Origin: Candidatus Poribacteria bacterium
GTDB lineage: Bacteria > Poribacteria > WGA-4E > PCPOR2b
Assembly (NCBI GenBank): GCA_965208675.1
Contig: OZ242351.1
Coordinates: 2,112,001-2,176,000 of the forward strand
Length of the DNA stretch: 64,000 bases
Direction: 5' to 3'
Under the pieces are notes generated by a model. The model was not told where the DNA came from. It saw only the letters and a list, made by a program, of their open reading frames with translations, and made no database searches. A program made the translations under genes and the position numbers. Below, one piece after another: positions 9,006-17,963 of the stretch (positions within the stretch are counted from its first letter, which is position 1; each line of letters opens with the position of its first letter).

Positions 9006-9887
9006 GTGTCAAATTCTATTGTGAACTTGGGCGACCCAACGAAGCCCCTAGATACACTAATCAATAAAATTAGTGATGCAACCGGAGTGCTATTTGAACC
9101 TACACGAATTAGGCGCAAGGCTAAAGCAGAATCGGATGCTGCAATTATATCCGCTAAGGCAGAGGCTGCGGTTGACAAAATAAAGGCAGAATCTGCGATG
9201 GAAATTACCGACTTACATAAACGAGCCGCGCAGCGTCGAATCGAAGAAGATGCACGTCAACAAAAGAACATGGAGGACATAATCACTAAAGCGGCACCTC
9301 ATTTGAAAGAAGAAGCAAAACCCGACGCCATGGATGACGACTGGATCTCCAACTTCTTTGATAAATCTCGGATTGTATCTGACAGTGAGATGCAGAGCCT
9401 TTGGTCACGAGTTTTAGCTGGCGAAGCAAATGCTCCTGGCACCTACTCTAAGCGGACTGTTAATTTTGTCGCCGCGCTTGAAAAGAGCGAAGCACATCTG
9501 TTCACCAAACTATGCGGCTTTGTTTGGAAGATACACGACTTTGTGCCGCTGGTATTTGATTTACAGGCGGCAGTCTACAACCGACACGGTATTGACTTTG
9601 GGCCCCTCAGTCACCTTGAGAGTATTGGACTTGTTAAGCTTGCCGCCCCTAACGATTTTAGACAAACTCACCTACCCCGTAGATTTCCTGTGTATTACTA
9701 TGGAAAGTCGCTGTTCTTAGAAATACCTCCCAATTCCGAAAACGAAATAATGACTGGTAAGGCACGATTCACAAAAATCGGACAGGAACTTGCACCGATA
9801 TGCGGTAGTAAGCCAGTGGAAGGTTTCTACGAATACGTGAAGAGCCAATGGCGTCAATATTTACCCAAGGATGAAAATAAGGAATAG
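9006..9887 (+). CDS. DUF2806 family protein
   Basis: RQQKNMEDI..DDDWISNFF..SDSEMQSLWSRVLAGE...PGTYSKRT signature, AGGAGG RBS, 19 nt after the R-M gene. Confidence 0.75.
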   Translation: MSNSIVNLGDPTKPLDTLINKISDATGVLFEPTRIRRKAKAESDAAIISAKAEAAVDKIKAESAMEITDLHKRAAQRRIEEDARQQKNMEDIITKAAPHLKEEAKPDAMDDDWISNFFDKSRIVSDSEMQSLWSRVLAGEANAPGTYSKRTVNFVAALEKSEAHLFTKLCGFVWKIHDFVPLVFDLQAAVYNRHGIDFGPLSHLESIGLVKLAAPNDFRQTHLPRRFPVYYYGKSLFLEIPPNSENEIMTGKARFTKIGQELAPICGSKPVEGFYEYVKSQWRQYLPKDENKE

Positions 9888-9899
9888 CAGAAGCGAGTC

Positions 9900-10195
9900 C
9901 TTGTAGGTTGGGTTAAGCGGAGTAAATAATAGACGCAAAATTGACGAATGGATATCGGTATTTGAATGTGTTTGGAATTTGTCAAGATGTAGCGAACGCA
10001 ACGATCAACTGAGCGAATAGCGAAGGCGATAGTCTTGTCTTAATTGCGCTGTGTTTGGTTTTTTGGAGGCGGATCGGAAATACGAAAAGCGTTGGGTTAC
10101 GCTCCGCACATCGAATCCTGGACGTCGTTATACTTGCGTAGCGCAAAGTAAAATTGCACGTTATTTGGTGAAATCCGCTCAACCCAACCTACAAG
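9900..10195. mobile_element. ~296-bp non-autonomous REPIN/MITE-like element
   Basis: 22-bp terminal inverted repeats CTTGTAGGTTGGGTT(A/G)AGCGGA with 1 mismatch (9900-9921 and 10174-10195), plus inner inverted half-sites near 9991-10002 and 10091-10103. Confidence 0.75.
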
Positions 10196-10444
10196 AACTA
10201 CCCAGCCTATAAAGTCTTTTACCATGTTGTGGTGGATTTTGAATATTCTCAATAGGATAACCTTTCTTTTAAGGATTCTGAACAACCTGAAACGGCGGAG
10301 GTTGGGTCGGCTGCTCTGGTGGGGCGTCTCGAGCCCGAGACTGACTAGAATGGGAGGACGGTTAACGTACTTTCGGAGCAGGCTCAGATTCATATCGCGC
10401 GGTTGGCGGCGGCTGCGCAGAAAGCTGTCGCGTTCGTGAAATAG
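10193..10444 (+). pseudogene. Possible 3' gene remnant with two in-frame TAG codons
   Basis: Frame reads KNYPAYKVFYHVVVDFEYSQ*DNL...EPETD*NGRTVNVLSEQAQIHIARLAAAAQKAVAFVK*. Its 5' end abuts the REPIN. Confidence 0.3.
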
Positions 10445-10746
10445 TTAGGACTTACGTAGTGCAGTTTGTAGCGGCGGAATGTATTGCACGTCCGGCAGGC
10501 CGTGCTCGTCCTTGGCATGATATATCGTTTTATGTAGAAACGGGGGATGAATTGCCCTACTACGAACCTTTAGACGTTAACTAGGCACCTCCAAACAGTT
10601 TTAACAATTGCGTTCCAATTTGGAGTTGGATATAATAAGAATAAACTGCAGCACAAAAAGAGGAGGTGCGGTTTCCACCCTGTCCCAGTCAATTCCGAAC
10701 CTAGAGAATGAAGTGATTTGGACGAGATTCCTACCGCGAAGAGTAG

Positions 10747-11151
10747 ATGATAAAAGGAATGTGGAACTACGGCGTCAAAGTCGAAAATATTGAAGAAACC
10801 ACGGAATTTTACACCCGCTACATGGGCGCAGAAGTGCGTATTCAAAGCGAAGTTTTGGGGTGCCAATATACGCTGATTCGCATGGGCGAGACACGAATCA
10901 TTCTCTTCGACAAAGCCCCTTATGAAGATGACATGGGTCTGAACCTGCCGCTGGGCTTTCTGCACGTCGTCTACGAAACGGACGACTTCGAAGTTGAAAT
11001 AGCCAAGCTGCGCGAATCGGGTGTGAATTTCATCATGGGGCCCATGGTCATTGAGAGCGACTTTGGCAAACGGAAATTTGCATTTTTTGAAGCCCCTGAC
11101 GGCATCCGTACCGAAGTTATGCAGGTGTACGAAGACACGGGAATCGCATGA
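10747..11151 (+). CDS. VOC/glyoxalase family protein
   Basis: GVKVENIEETTEFY, LHVVYETDD and FFEAPDGIRTEV pattern. Confidence 0.8.
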   Translation: MIKGMWNYGVKVENIEETTEFYTRYMGAEVRIQSEVLGCQYTLIRMGETRIILFDKAPYEDDMGLNLPLGFLHVVYETDDFEVEIAKLRESGVNFIMGPMVIESDFGKRKFAFFEAPDGIRTEVMQVYEDTGIA

Positions 11152-11257
11152 CACCGCTCCAGAACCCATAGAGATAGCCCGTAAATCTGCCAGATAAACT
11201 GTTACATCTGCCGCAGTTCGGCAAAATAGAACGCAGCAACGAGAAAGGAAGCATTGA

Positions 11258-11719
11258 ATGAGGGTTAACGGAATCCATCACGTGACGCTTCTTGTGGATG
11301 ATGAAGAGCGCGCCGCTTGGTTTTACGGCGAGGTTTTGGGATTGACAGAAAAATCGCGTCCCAGTTTCAAGTTTCCCGGCATTTTTTATACCTCCGGAAA
11401 CCAGGAAATTCATATCATCATCGCTTCACGTCCGCTCTCCTATGAAGACCTGTACATTGACATTGGCGGCGTGTCCGACATTACCCGCCGCCACATCCAT
11501 CGCCATGTAGCGCTAGCGGTTTCCGATTCGGACGGGCTTGAAGCGCGTTTGGAGGAGAACGGCATCGAAATACTTTTCGGTCCCAATCGTGTTGAACCCG
11601 ACGATGAACTCTCACGGAACATGATTGACGGATGGATGCGGATGTACGGCGGCGTACCCGTCTTCTGTTTAGACCCTTTCAAAAACCTGGTTGAACTTGT
11701 CCCGATCGGGTTGGAGTGA
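11258..11719 (+). CDS. VOC/glyoxalase family protein
   Basis: IHHVTLLVDD...FYGEVLGL, HVALAV and DPFKNLVEL. Confidence 0.8.
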   Translation: MRVNGIHHVTLLVDDEERAAWFYGEVLGLTEKSRPSFKFPGIFYTSGNQEIHIIIASRPLSYEDLYIDIGGVSDITRRHIHRHVALAVSDSDGLEARLEENGIEILFGPNRVEPDDELSRNMIDGWMRMYGGVPVFCLDPFKNLVELVPIGLE

Positions 11720-11782
11720 GATTGCGTCAGCAACGTAAAACGTCTTAAATGCTGGATTCTGACAGTTAAGAAAGTTGCGATT

Positions 11783-12796
11783 ATGTCCGCAAACATCCAA
11801 AAGATTTTTGTCGCCGGGGGCGGGGCTTGGGGGACGACGGTCGCAAACTTGCTTGCTGAAAAGGGGTTGCAGGTCTCTATCTGGGCGCGCGAGGCGTGGT
11901 TGACACGCCACATTGCGGAACATAAAGACAATCCCAAGTATCTGCCCGGCGTTTCGTTAAATCAGAATCTACACGCTGCGCACAGCATATCGGAAGGCAT
12001 GTACAATGCGGGGATAATTATCTACGCCATTCCCGCCCAATCCTTGCGCGGCGTCGTTCAACAGACACAGCCCTACCTTCAAGAAGAGGTCATCTTGCTC
12101 AACCTCGCGAAAGGAATTGAAGAGGGAACGGGGCTGCGCTGCTCTGAGATTGTTCAGCAGGAAACGAACGGGGTTCATCCGATTGCAGCGTTGTCGGGTC
12201 CGAACATCGCTTATGAAATTGCCCGGAAAATCCCATCAAAGACGGTCGTGTCGTGCAACAATTACCGGTACCTCGGTATACTCCGGGATCTGTTTTCGAC
12301 GCCGCATCTGAAGGTTTACGAAAACCCGGATTTGGTGGGCACCGAGTTAGGCGGCGCATTGAAGAACATCGTTGCAATCATGGGGGGAATCGGCGACGGC
12401 CTCGGTTTCGGCGTCAACACAAAGGCGGCAATCATCACACGCGGACTAAGAGAGATGATTAAGGTCGGTACGATGATGGGCGCAAATCCGGACACCTTCT
12501 TCGGATTGTCCGGCATTGGTGACCTGATGGCGACGTGCTTGAGCCCCCACAGCCGGAATCGAACGTTGGGTGAAAACTTAGGGCGCGGCATGGCGCTTGA
12601 AGAGGCGGAAGCTGCACTGAACGGGCGTGTCGCCGAAGGCATACGGACAGCGAAGGCGCTTTATGAGGTGAAGGGCGAATTGAACCTCGAAATGCCAATC
12701 GTGGACCAGTTGTACCGAGTGTTATACAAGGGGCAGCCGCCGAGCGAAGGCTATCTCGCCATCTGGAACCCCGGCGAAGCACATGAACTGAATTGA
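11783..12796 (+). CDS. gpsA: NAD(P)H-dependent glycerol-3-phosphate dehydrogenase
   Basis: GGGAWG, LAKGIE, LSGPN, GGALKN and GIGDLMATC..SRNR motifs. Confidence 0.9.
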   Translation: MSANIQKIFVAGGGAWGTTVANLLAEKGLQVSIWAREAWLTRHIAEHKDNPKYLPGVSLNQNLHAAHSISEGMYNAGIIIYAIPAQSLRGVVQQTQPYLQEEVILLNLAKGIEEGTGLRCSEIVQQETNGVHPIAALSGPNIAYEIARKIPSKTVVSCNNYRYLGILRDLFSTPHLKVYENPDLVGTELGGALKNIVAIMGGIGDGLGFGVNTKAAIITRGLREMIKVGTMMGANPDTFFGLSGIGDLMATCLSPHSRNRTLGENLGRGMALEEAEAALNGRVAEGIRTAKALYEVKGELNLEMPIVDQLYRVLYKGQPPSEGYLAIWNPGEAHELN

Positions 12797-12806
12797 GGGG
12801 CGAGGG

Positions 12807-13535
12807 ATGTCAGCGACGATTGGAATCATCTTGGCGGCTGGCGTCGGTTCACGCCTGCGGCCGATGACGAATCAGGTGCCGAAATGCCTGATCCCGGTGG
12901 CTGGAATCCCAATCCTTCAACGGCAAATCGAAGCGATGCTGGCTTGCGGCATCCGAAAAATTGTTGTGGTCGCCGGTTATAAGTGCAATCTGGTCGTCAG
13001 TTTTTGCCGGCGTTATACGGAAACCGTCAGGGTGGTAATCAAGGAGGAGTATGCGAACACGAACAACATGTATTCGTTCTATACGGCGGCTAAAAATATT
13101 GGTGAGGCGCCCGTATTGTTATGTAACGGAGATGTTGTTTTTGATTGTGAAATTATATCATCGCTGTTGGAATCGGACTGGGGTAATCTAATAGGCGTGC
13201 AGCCCAACCGGTACGATGAAGAAGCGATGAAAGTCTCCGTTGATTCACAGGGCAGGGTGCTTGAATTGAGCAAAGTGGTACCCGCTTCCAGCGCTTTTGG
13301 GGTTTCAATTGATGTGTATAAATTCTGCCTTACTGCGTTTAAAGAGACTGTGAAAATAGCAACCCGAATCATCGTTGACGAGGGGAAAAGAAACCTGTGG
13401 ACCGAGGTTGCAATTAACGAAGCTTTGCAGCGCATAGAGTTTAGGACGTTTGACATTGGAACACATCGTTGGGTCGAGATTGACGATTTCGCTGATCTGA
13501 AAGGCGCAAATGATTCATTCGCACCTACCGGCTGA
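12807..13535 (+). CDS. Nucleotidyltransferase, phosphocholine cytidylyltransferase (LicC)-like
   Basis: ILAAGVGSRLRPMT..PKCL, TNNMYS, NGDVVF and WVEIDDFADL. Confidence 0.8.
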   Translation: MSATIGIILAAGVGSRLRPMTNQVPKCLIPVAGIPILQRQIEAMLACGIRKIVVVAGYKCNLVVSFCRRYTETVRVVIKEEYANTNNMYSFYTAAKNIGEAPVLLCNGDVVFDCEIISSLLESDWGNLIGVQPNRYDEEAMKVSVDSQGRVLELSKVVPASSAFGVSIDVYKFCLTAFKETVKIATRIIVDEGKRNLWTEVAINEALQRIEFRTFDIGTHRWVEIDDFADLKGANDSFAPTG

Positions 13536-14334
13536 AGTCATTCGGGAGATATTAACCCAGCTTGAAGGGTTTCTCATAGATCTTGATGGGACGACATATT
13601 TAGGCGATGACCTAATTCCAGGCGCCCTAATGTTCATTGAAACCCTGCAAAAATTGGGGAAACCACATTTGTTCTTGACGAACAACTCTTCTGAGTCGGC
13701 GCACACATATGTGGAAAAGCTGCGCCGCCTCGGAATTGATGCGCAGGATGGAAGCGTCTTAACCTCCGGCGACGCCACAGCCATGCATCTTGCGGACGCG
13801 GGTTATACCAAGTTATTTGTTTTGGGGACGCCGAGTTTTGAAAATGAGCTAAAAGAATTTGGATTTATCCTCACATCTGAACGTCCGGATTGCGTTGTTC
13901 TTGGATTCGATAAAACACTGAATTATCAAAAGCTCGAGATTGCAACGGATTTAATCCGGCGGAAAATTCCGTTTGTCGCAACCCATCCAGATAAGGTCTG
14001 CCCTACGGAAGACGGTTTTATTCCAGATTGCGGCGCGATTGCAGCGCTGCTTTCGGCTGCGACTGATGTCGATCCACTTGTCATCGGAAAACCCAAGCCG
14101 CAAATGGTTCAGATGGCGCTGAAGCGTTTGAATCTCGACTCGCGAAAGATCGCCATAATCGGCGACAGGCTGTACACGGATATACGAATGGGACGCGACG
14201 CCGGACTCGTAACGGTGCTTGTACTCACCGGTGAAACTACGCCCGAAATGCTTCCGCCGGAAATTGAGATGCGCCCCCTTATCGTTGTAGAGCGCCTCGG
14301 GACACTATGCGGTTATTTATTAGAACTGTATTAG
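13510..14334 (+). CDS. HAD-IIA family hydrolase (NagD-like)
   Basis: DLDGT, LTNNS, GKP and IGDRLYTDI. Confidence 0.9.
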   Translation: MIHSHLPAEVIREILTQLEGFLIDLDGTTYLGDDLIPGALMFIETLQKLGKPHLFLTNNSSESAHTYVEKLRRLGIDAQDGSVLTSGDATAMHLADAGYTKLFVLGTPSFENELKEFGFILTSERPDCVVLGFDKTLNYQKLEIATDLIRRKIPFVATHPDKVCPTEDGFIPDCGAIAALLSAATDVDPLVIGKPKPQMVQMALKRLNLDSRKIAIIGDRLYTDIRMGRDAGLVTVLVLTGETTPEMLPPEIEMRPLIVVERLGTLCGYLLELY

Positions 14335-14383
14335 TTCGGTTAAAGACACCGAGTTTTCAAGAAAAACTCGGACGCAAATGAGG

Positions 14384-14452
14384 GTCGCGATACGGAGATC
14401 GCTCCTACGGCGCGTGGGTTTTGGCAGGTGCAGTTAGGAAGCTAAACCTACC
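14384..14452. repeat. Cluster of REP-like palindromes (TCGCGATACGGAGATCGCTCCTAC and AGGTGCAGTT..AACCTAC)
   Basis: Ends in CTAC. Related units at ~5599, ~10665 and ~16487-16508. Confidence 0.5.
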
Positions 14453-14518
14453 GCAGTTAAAAAAATTTTTGGCGTTATTATAATTTTGGTGCAAGTCCTT
14501 GTTCGGAAGGATCTATTC

Positions 14519-16351
14519 ATGGAATACATGGTGTGTTTAATTGGAATTTGTGTGGTTGGCAGTCTAGGTTTGGCTGCCGTATGCGCAGCCGAACAGGGCT
14601 ATCGGGAGGCGCAGCTTCATAAGCAAGTCGTAGAACGCATCTACGAAGACGGCCGCCGGGTTTTGATGGTGAACTGGGATGAAATCGAAGATAGAACTCC
14701 GAAACCAGACCCGGCTCCACAGGATATTACGGCCGAGGAACAAGAACGCGGTTACATCGTATATCGACGATCGGATTCTGACGGCGTCTTTCGTTTCAGC
14801 AGCCCCCAATCCGGTGAGCGAACTGCCTCACTCTCTACGGCTGCTAGTCTGGACGAGAAACGGCACGTGCAGTTTGCCATACGTGCGCTCCGAGATTTGG
14901 GGAGGGTAGAGGTAGAACTAGGGGTTATGTCGAACGGCGATGGGGTCACGCTGCCGGCTTCCGCTGTTTCGGTTCGACCGGTGCGTATCGGAATTTGGAG
15001 AGACTATTGGGACCCGTTCTTTGTCGAGGCGCCCAAACTCTTAGACCATTATGACGCCATAACCCGCGTGCTCCGCGGACAGAGCCAGCAGTTTTGGATT
15101 AAATTTCACGTACCGCCGGGGACACCGGCCGGCAGATTTACAGGGGACGTTTTTGTTCGTACCGAGCATGGCGGCGAAGCGTCGCTAAGGCTGGAATTGG
15201 AGGTCTATCCTTTTTCCCTGGCGCCCGGGCGTTGGTGGGGCGTCTACTACTACGGTTTGACAGGCGAGAAAACCGCACAGGACTTCGCGGACATGAAAGC
15301 ACACGGCGTCAATTCGATGCTTATCTGTCCTCCGGGGCACGTAGTGCCCGTGCTTGAGCGCGTCGGCGACCGTGTCGTTGCTAGTTTTCCGCACACTGAC
15401 AAGCTGATGGCTGAACTTAAACGTCAGGGGTTTAACAGGCAGGTGCCGTATTATCCCCGCATGATAAGCTGCCGCGTGCTCGATCTCTTCGACCGAGTGG
15501 ACGGTGTGAAATTCAAGCCCGGTGACTATTACGGCCAACGCTGCATCGACTATAAAGCTGAAGACTATCCCGAAGATCTGAAGGAGGTACTCAAAGATAT
15601 TTTTCGCCAAATGGTTCAACACGCTAAGGAAGCAGATTGGCCGGAAATCCTCTGGTTCCTCGTGGATGAACCCGGTGCTGCGGCTTTGCACGAGCGTGAA
15701 CTTGAATGGGCGAAGGTAGAATTCCCCCTGTTTGCAGAAGCATGCCCCGGCGAGAAATTGCTCTGTACGGCGTACTCACGCGACGTGATTGACGCTATCG
15801 GTGTCCCGCTTGATGTGCGTGTCGGGGAGTTGTGGCGCTTTACCGACGACGACCTGCAGCGTACCGACGCTGACGATTCACAGCTCTGGGGAATCCGTTG
15901 GCTGTGTCAGCACAATGCCTACCGTTTTCCGCGGCACTTCGCCGGGTTTGGGCTCGACCGTATGGGGCTTGACGGTTTTACCGAATGGACGTACTACGGC
16001 GCGCCCGTCTATCGACCCTACGACCAGATTATTGACTGGCAGGGTTGCAGTTACGCCTTTGAAGATGAACATGGGAATCTCCTCAGCACGATTACTTGGG
16101 AAGCGGCGCAGGAAGGCATTGACGATGCCCGCTACGCCGCTACGCTGCGTGCACTAATTTCCAATGGTGAGTCCTCGATGAACCGGGAGCATCAGCGGCT
16201 TGCCGGAGATGCGTCGGACTGGCTCGCAACGCGCATCTCGGAAATTCCGAATCGCCCGGTTACCATGCCCGAAGCGGAACTCGACGCGCTGCGGAGCGAG
16301 ATTGCGAATCAGATTTTTGTGTTGATGGATGCGGGATTGTCAGTAGAATAG
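14519..16351 (+). CDS. Secreted glycoside hydrolase-like protein (GH123/DUF4091-like C-terminus)
   Basis: Signal peptide, QQFWIKFHVP..PAG Ig-like module, catalytic-like LVDEP, and WEAAQEGIDDARY. Confidence 0.55.
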   Translation: MEYMVCLIGICVVGSLGLAAVCAAEQGYREAQLHKQVVERIYEDGRRVLMVNWDEIEDRTPKPDPAPQDITAEEQERGYIVYRRSDSDGVFRFSSPQSGERTASLSTAASLDEKRHVQFAIRALRDLGRVEVELGVMSNGDGVTLPASAVSVRPVRIGIWRDYWDPFFVEAPKLLDHYDAITRVLRGQSQQFWIKFHVPPGTPAGRFTGDVFVRTEHGGEASLRLELEVYPFSLAPGRWWGVYYYGLTGEKTAQDFADMKAHGVNSMLICPPGHVVPVLERVGDRVVASFPHTDKLMAELKRQGFNRQVPYYPRMISCRVLDLFDRVDGVKFKPGDYYGQRCIDYKAEDYPEDLKEVLKDIFRQMVQHAKEADWPEILWFLVDEPGAAALHERELEWAKVEFPLFAEACPGEKLLCTAYSRDVIDAIGVPLDVRVGELWRFTDDDLQRTDADDSQLWGIRWLCQHNAYRFPRHFAGFGLDRMGLDGFTEWTYYGAPVYRPYDQIIDWQGCSYAFEDEHGNLLSTITWEAAQEGIDDARYAATLRALISNGESSMNREHQRLAGDASDWLATRISEIPNRPVTMPEAELDALRSEIANQIFVLMDAGLSVE

Positions 16352-16522
16352 TGCCGAGATTTGATTACAATGGTTGGGCCCGTCCATTTGAAAGCCGTTG
16401 AAAGACGTGGTGCAAGCAGCAGTTAATCGCCTATGAATACCGACGTTATAGCCAATTCCATGCATATTTAAAAGTGTTTCAGAGCGTGCGGTTTGAAGCC
16501 GCACCTACGGGGTTGAGAAAAA

Positions 16523-17827
16523 TTGATGCCTTCAGCAAGAAAAATCATACTTGCCGTGTGCTTTACTTTCACGATAGCGTGCAGTGCCTTCGCCCAATGG
16601 CTGCTTGTGCCGATGGATAAGGCGCAGACCAACCACCTAAAGGCTTACGGATTGACCTACTGGACACTGCAAACGCCGCGGGAATACCGGGCGATGTGGC
16701 TATTGAATTACCGCGGCGGCGCCTTTCTTTTGCACGATTCACCTGACGTACATGTCAAGGCGAAGGCGATGGGAGTTCATGTTGAACCTATGTCTGATCC
16801 CGACTACGGCGTAATTCTCATTGAGATGGAAAACTCCAACATGGATGAAATCTTGTTGGAAAAGGCGCCAAAGATTGCGGTTTACGCCCCACCGGACAAC
16901 ACTCCCTACCGTGACCCGTGGGGCGATGCGGTAAAGATTGCTTTGGATTACGCCCAAATTCCCTATCATGTCATCTGGGACAAGGAGGTCGAAAACCAGT
17001 TCCTGCTCACGGAAGGGTTCGACTGGTTACACCTGCACCACGAGGATTTCACCGGACAGCACGGCAAATTCTATGGCTCTTTCAGGGGGCAGGTGTGGTA
17101 TAAGCAGCGAGTCCGACTGTTTGAGCAAGCGGCTTCCGAGGCGGGCTTTTCCCGCGTGCCGAGACACAAAGGGCATATTGCGCAACTGATTCAGGATTAT
17201 GTCCTCAACGGAGGATTTTTGTTTGCGATGTGTTCGGCGCCAGAAACGTTGGATATCGCCATTGCGGCGGATGGCGGGCACGTCGATATTGTCGCACCCG
17301 AACTTGATGGATCGCCCACTCAGCCGGACTATCAATCCAAATTGAATTTTAAAAAGACGTTCGGTTTCGAAAATTTCACGCTGCATACAAGCCCCTATCT
17401 ATATGAATTTTCTGATATTGACGACCCGAAACCAGAGCCCGACCCGCTATCGGGCTTAGAAGACTTCACGCTGTTCGAGTTTTCGGCAAAGCACGACCCA
17501 ATCCCAACGATGCTTACGCAGAATCATGTAGGAAAGGTACGGGGATTTCTTGGCCAGACGACTTCCTTCAATCGAGACACCATTCGCGATTCGGTGACCA
17601 TATTGGGCGACATCGAAGGCACGCCATATGCAAAATACATCCATGGGAAATTAGGCAAGGGGACATTCACGTTCCTCGGCGGACACGATCCGGAGGATTA
17701 CCGGCATCTCGTCGGGGAGGGAAGGATTCCGACCAATCTGGATCTGCACAAGCACTCTCCGGGCTATCGCCTAATACTGAACAATATTCTGTTTCCCGCT
17801 GCGAAGAAGAAGCCTCAGAAGACGTAG
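16523..17827 (+). CDS. Secreted conserved protein with class I amidotransferase-like fold (family often labelled 'asparagine synthetase B')
   Basis: NHLKAYG, WLLNYRGG, DWLHLHHEDFTGQ, FAMCSA and PGYRLILNNILFPAA. Confidence 0.65.
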   Translation: MMPSARKIILAVCFTFTIACSAFAQWLLVPMDKAQTNHLKAYGLTYWTLQTPREYRAMWLLNYRGGAFLLHDSPDVHVKAKAMGVHVEPMSDPDYGVILIEMENSNMDEILLEKAPKIAVYAPPDNTPYRDPWGDAVKIALDYAQIPYHVIWDKEVENQFLLTEGFDWLHLHHEDFTGQHGKFYGSFRGQVWYKQRVRLFEQAASEAGFSRVPRHKGHIAQLIQDYVLNGGFLFAMCSAPETLDIAIAADGGHVDIVAPELDGSPTQPDYQSKLNFKKTFGFENFTLHTSPYLYEFSDIDDPKPEPDPLSGLEDFTLFEFSAKHDPIPTMLTQNHVGKVRGFLGQTTSFNRDTIRDSVTILGDIEGTPYAKYIHGKLGKGTFTFLGGHDPEDYRHLVGEGRIPTNLDLHKHSPGYRLILNNILFPAAKKKPQKT

Positions 17828-17963
17828 TCTGAATCAGGATACTCAGGATTGAAGGATTTGATTTGTGTAAATTTGAAATGACTATTGGGCCGCATTACGT
17901 TAACGACAAGGCGAGGTTGCATGCCTAACTGATTTACGTTTAACACTTGGAAAGAGAATTGAA

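Noticed and set aside
3251-9887. Complete prophage
   Set aside because: No portal, capsid, tail, lysis, integrase or att repeat was found.
10224-10439. 71-aa Arg/Trp-rich ORF as an antimicrobial-like peptide
   Set aside because: It has no RBS, and its composition is that of an off-frame read of the putative gene remnant.
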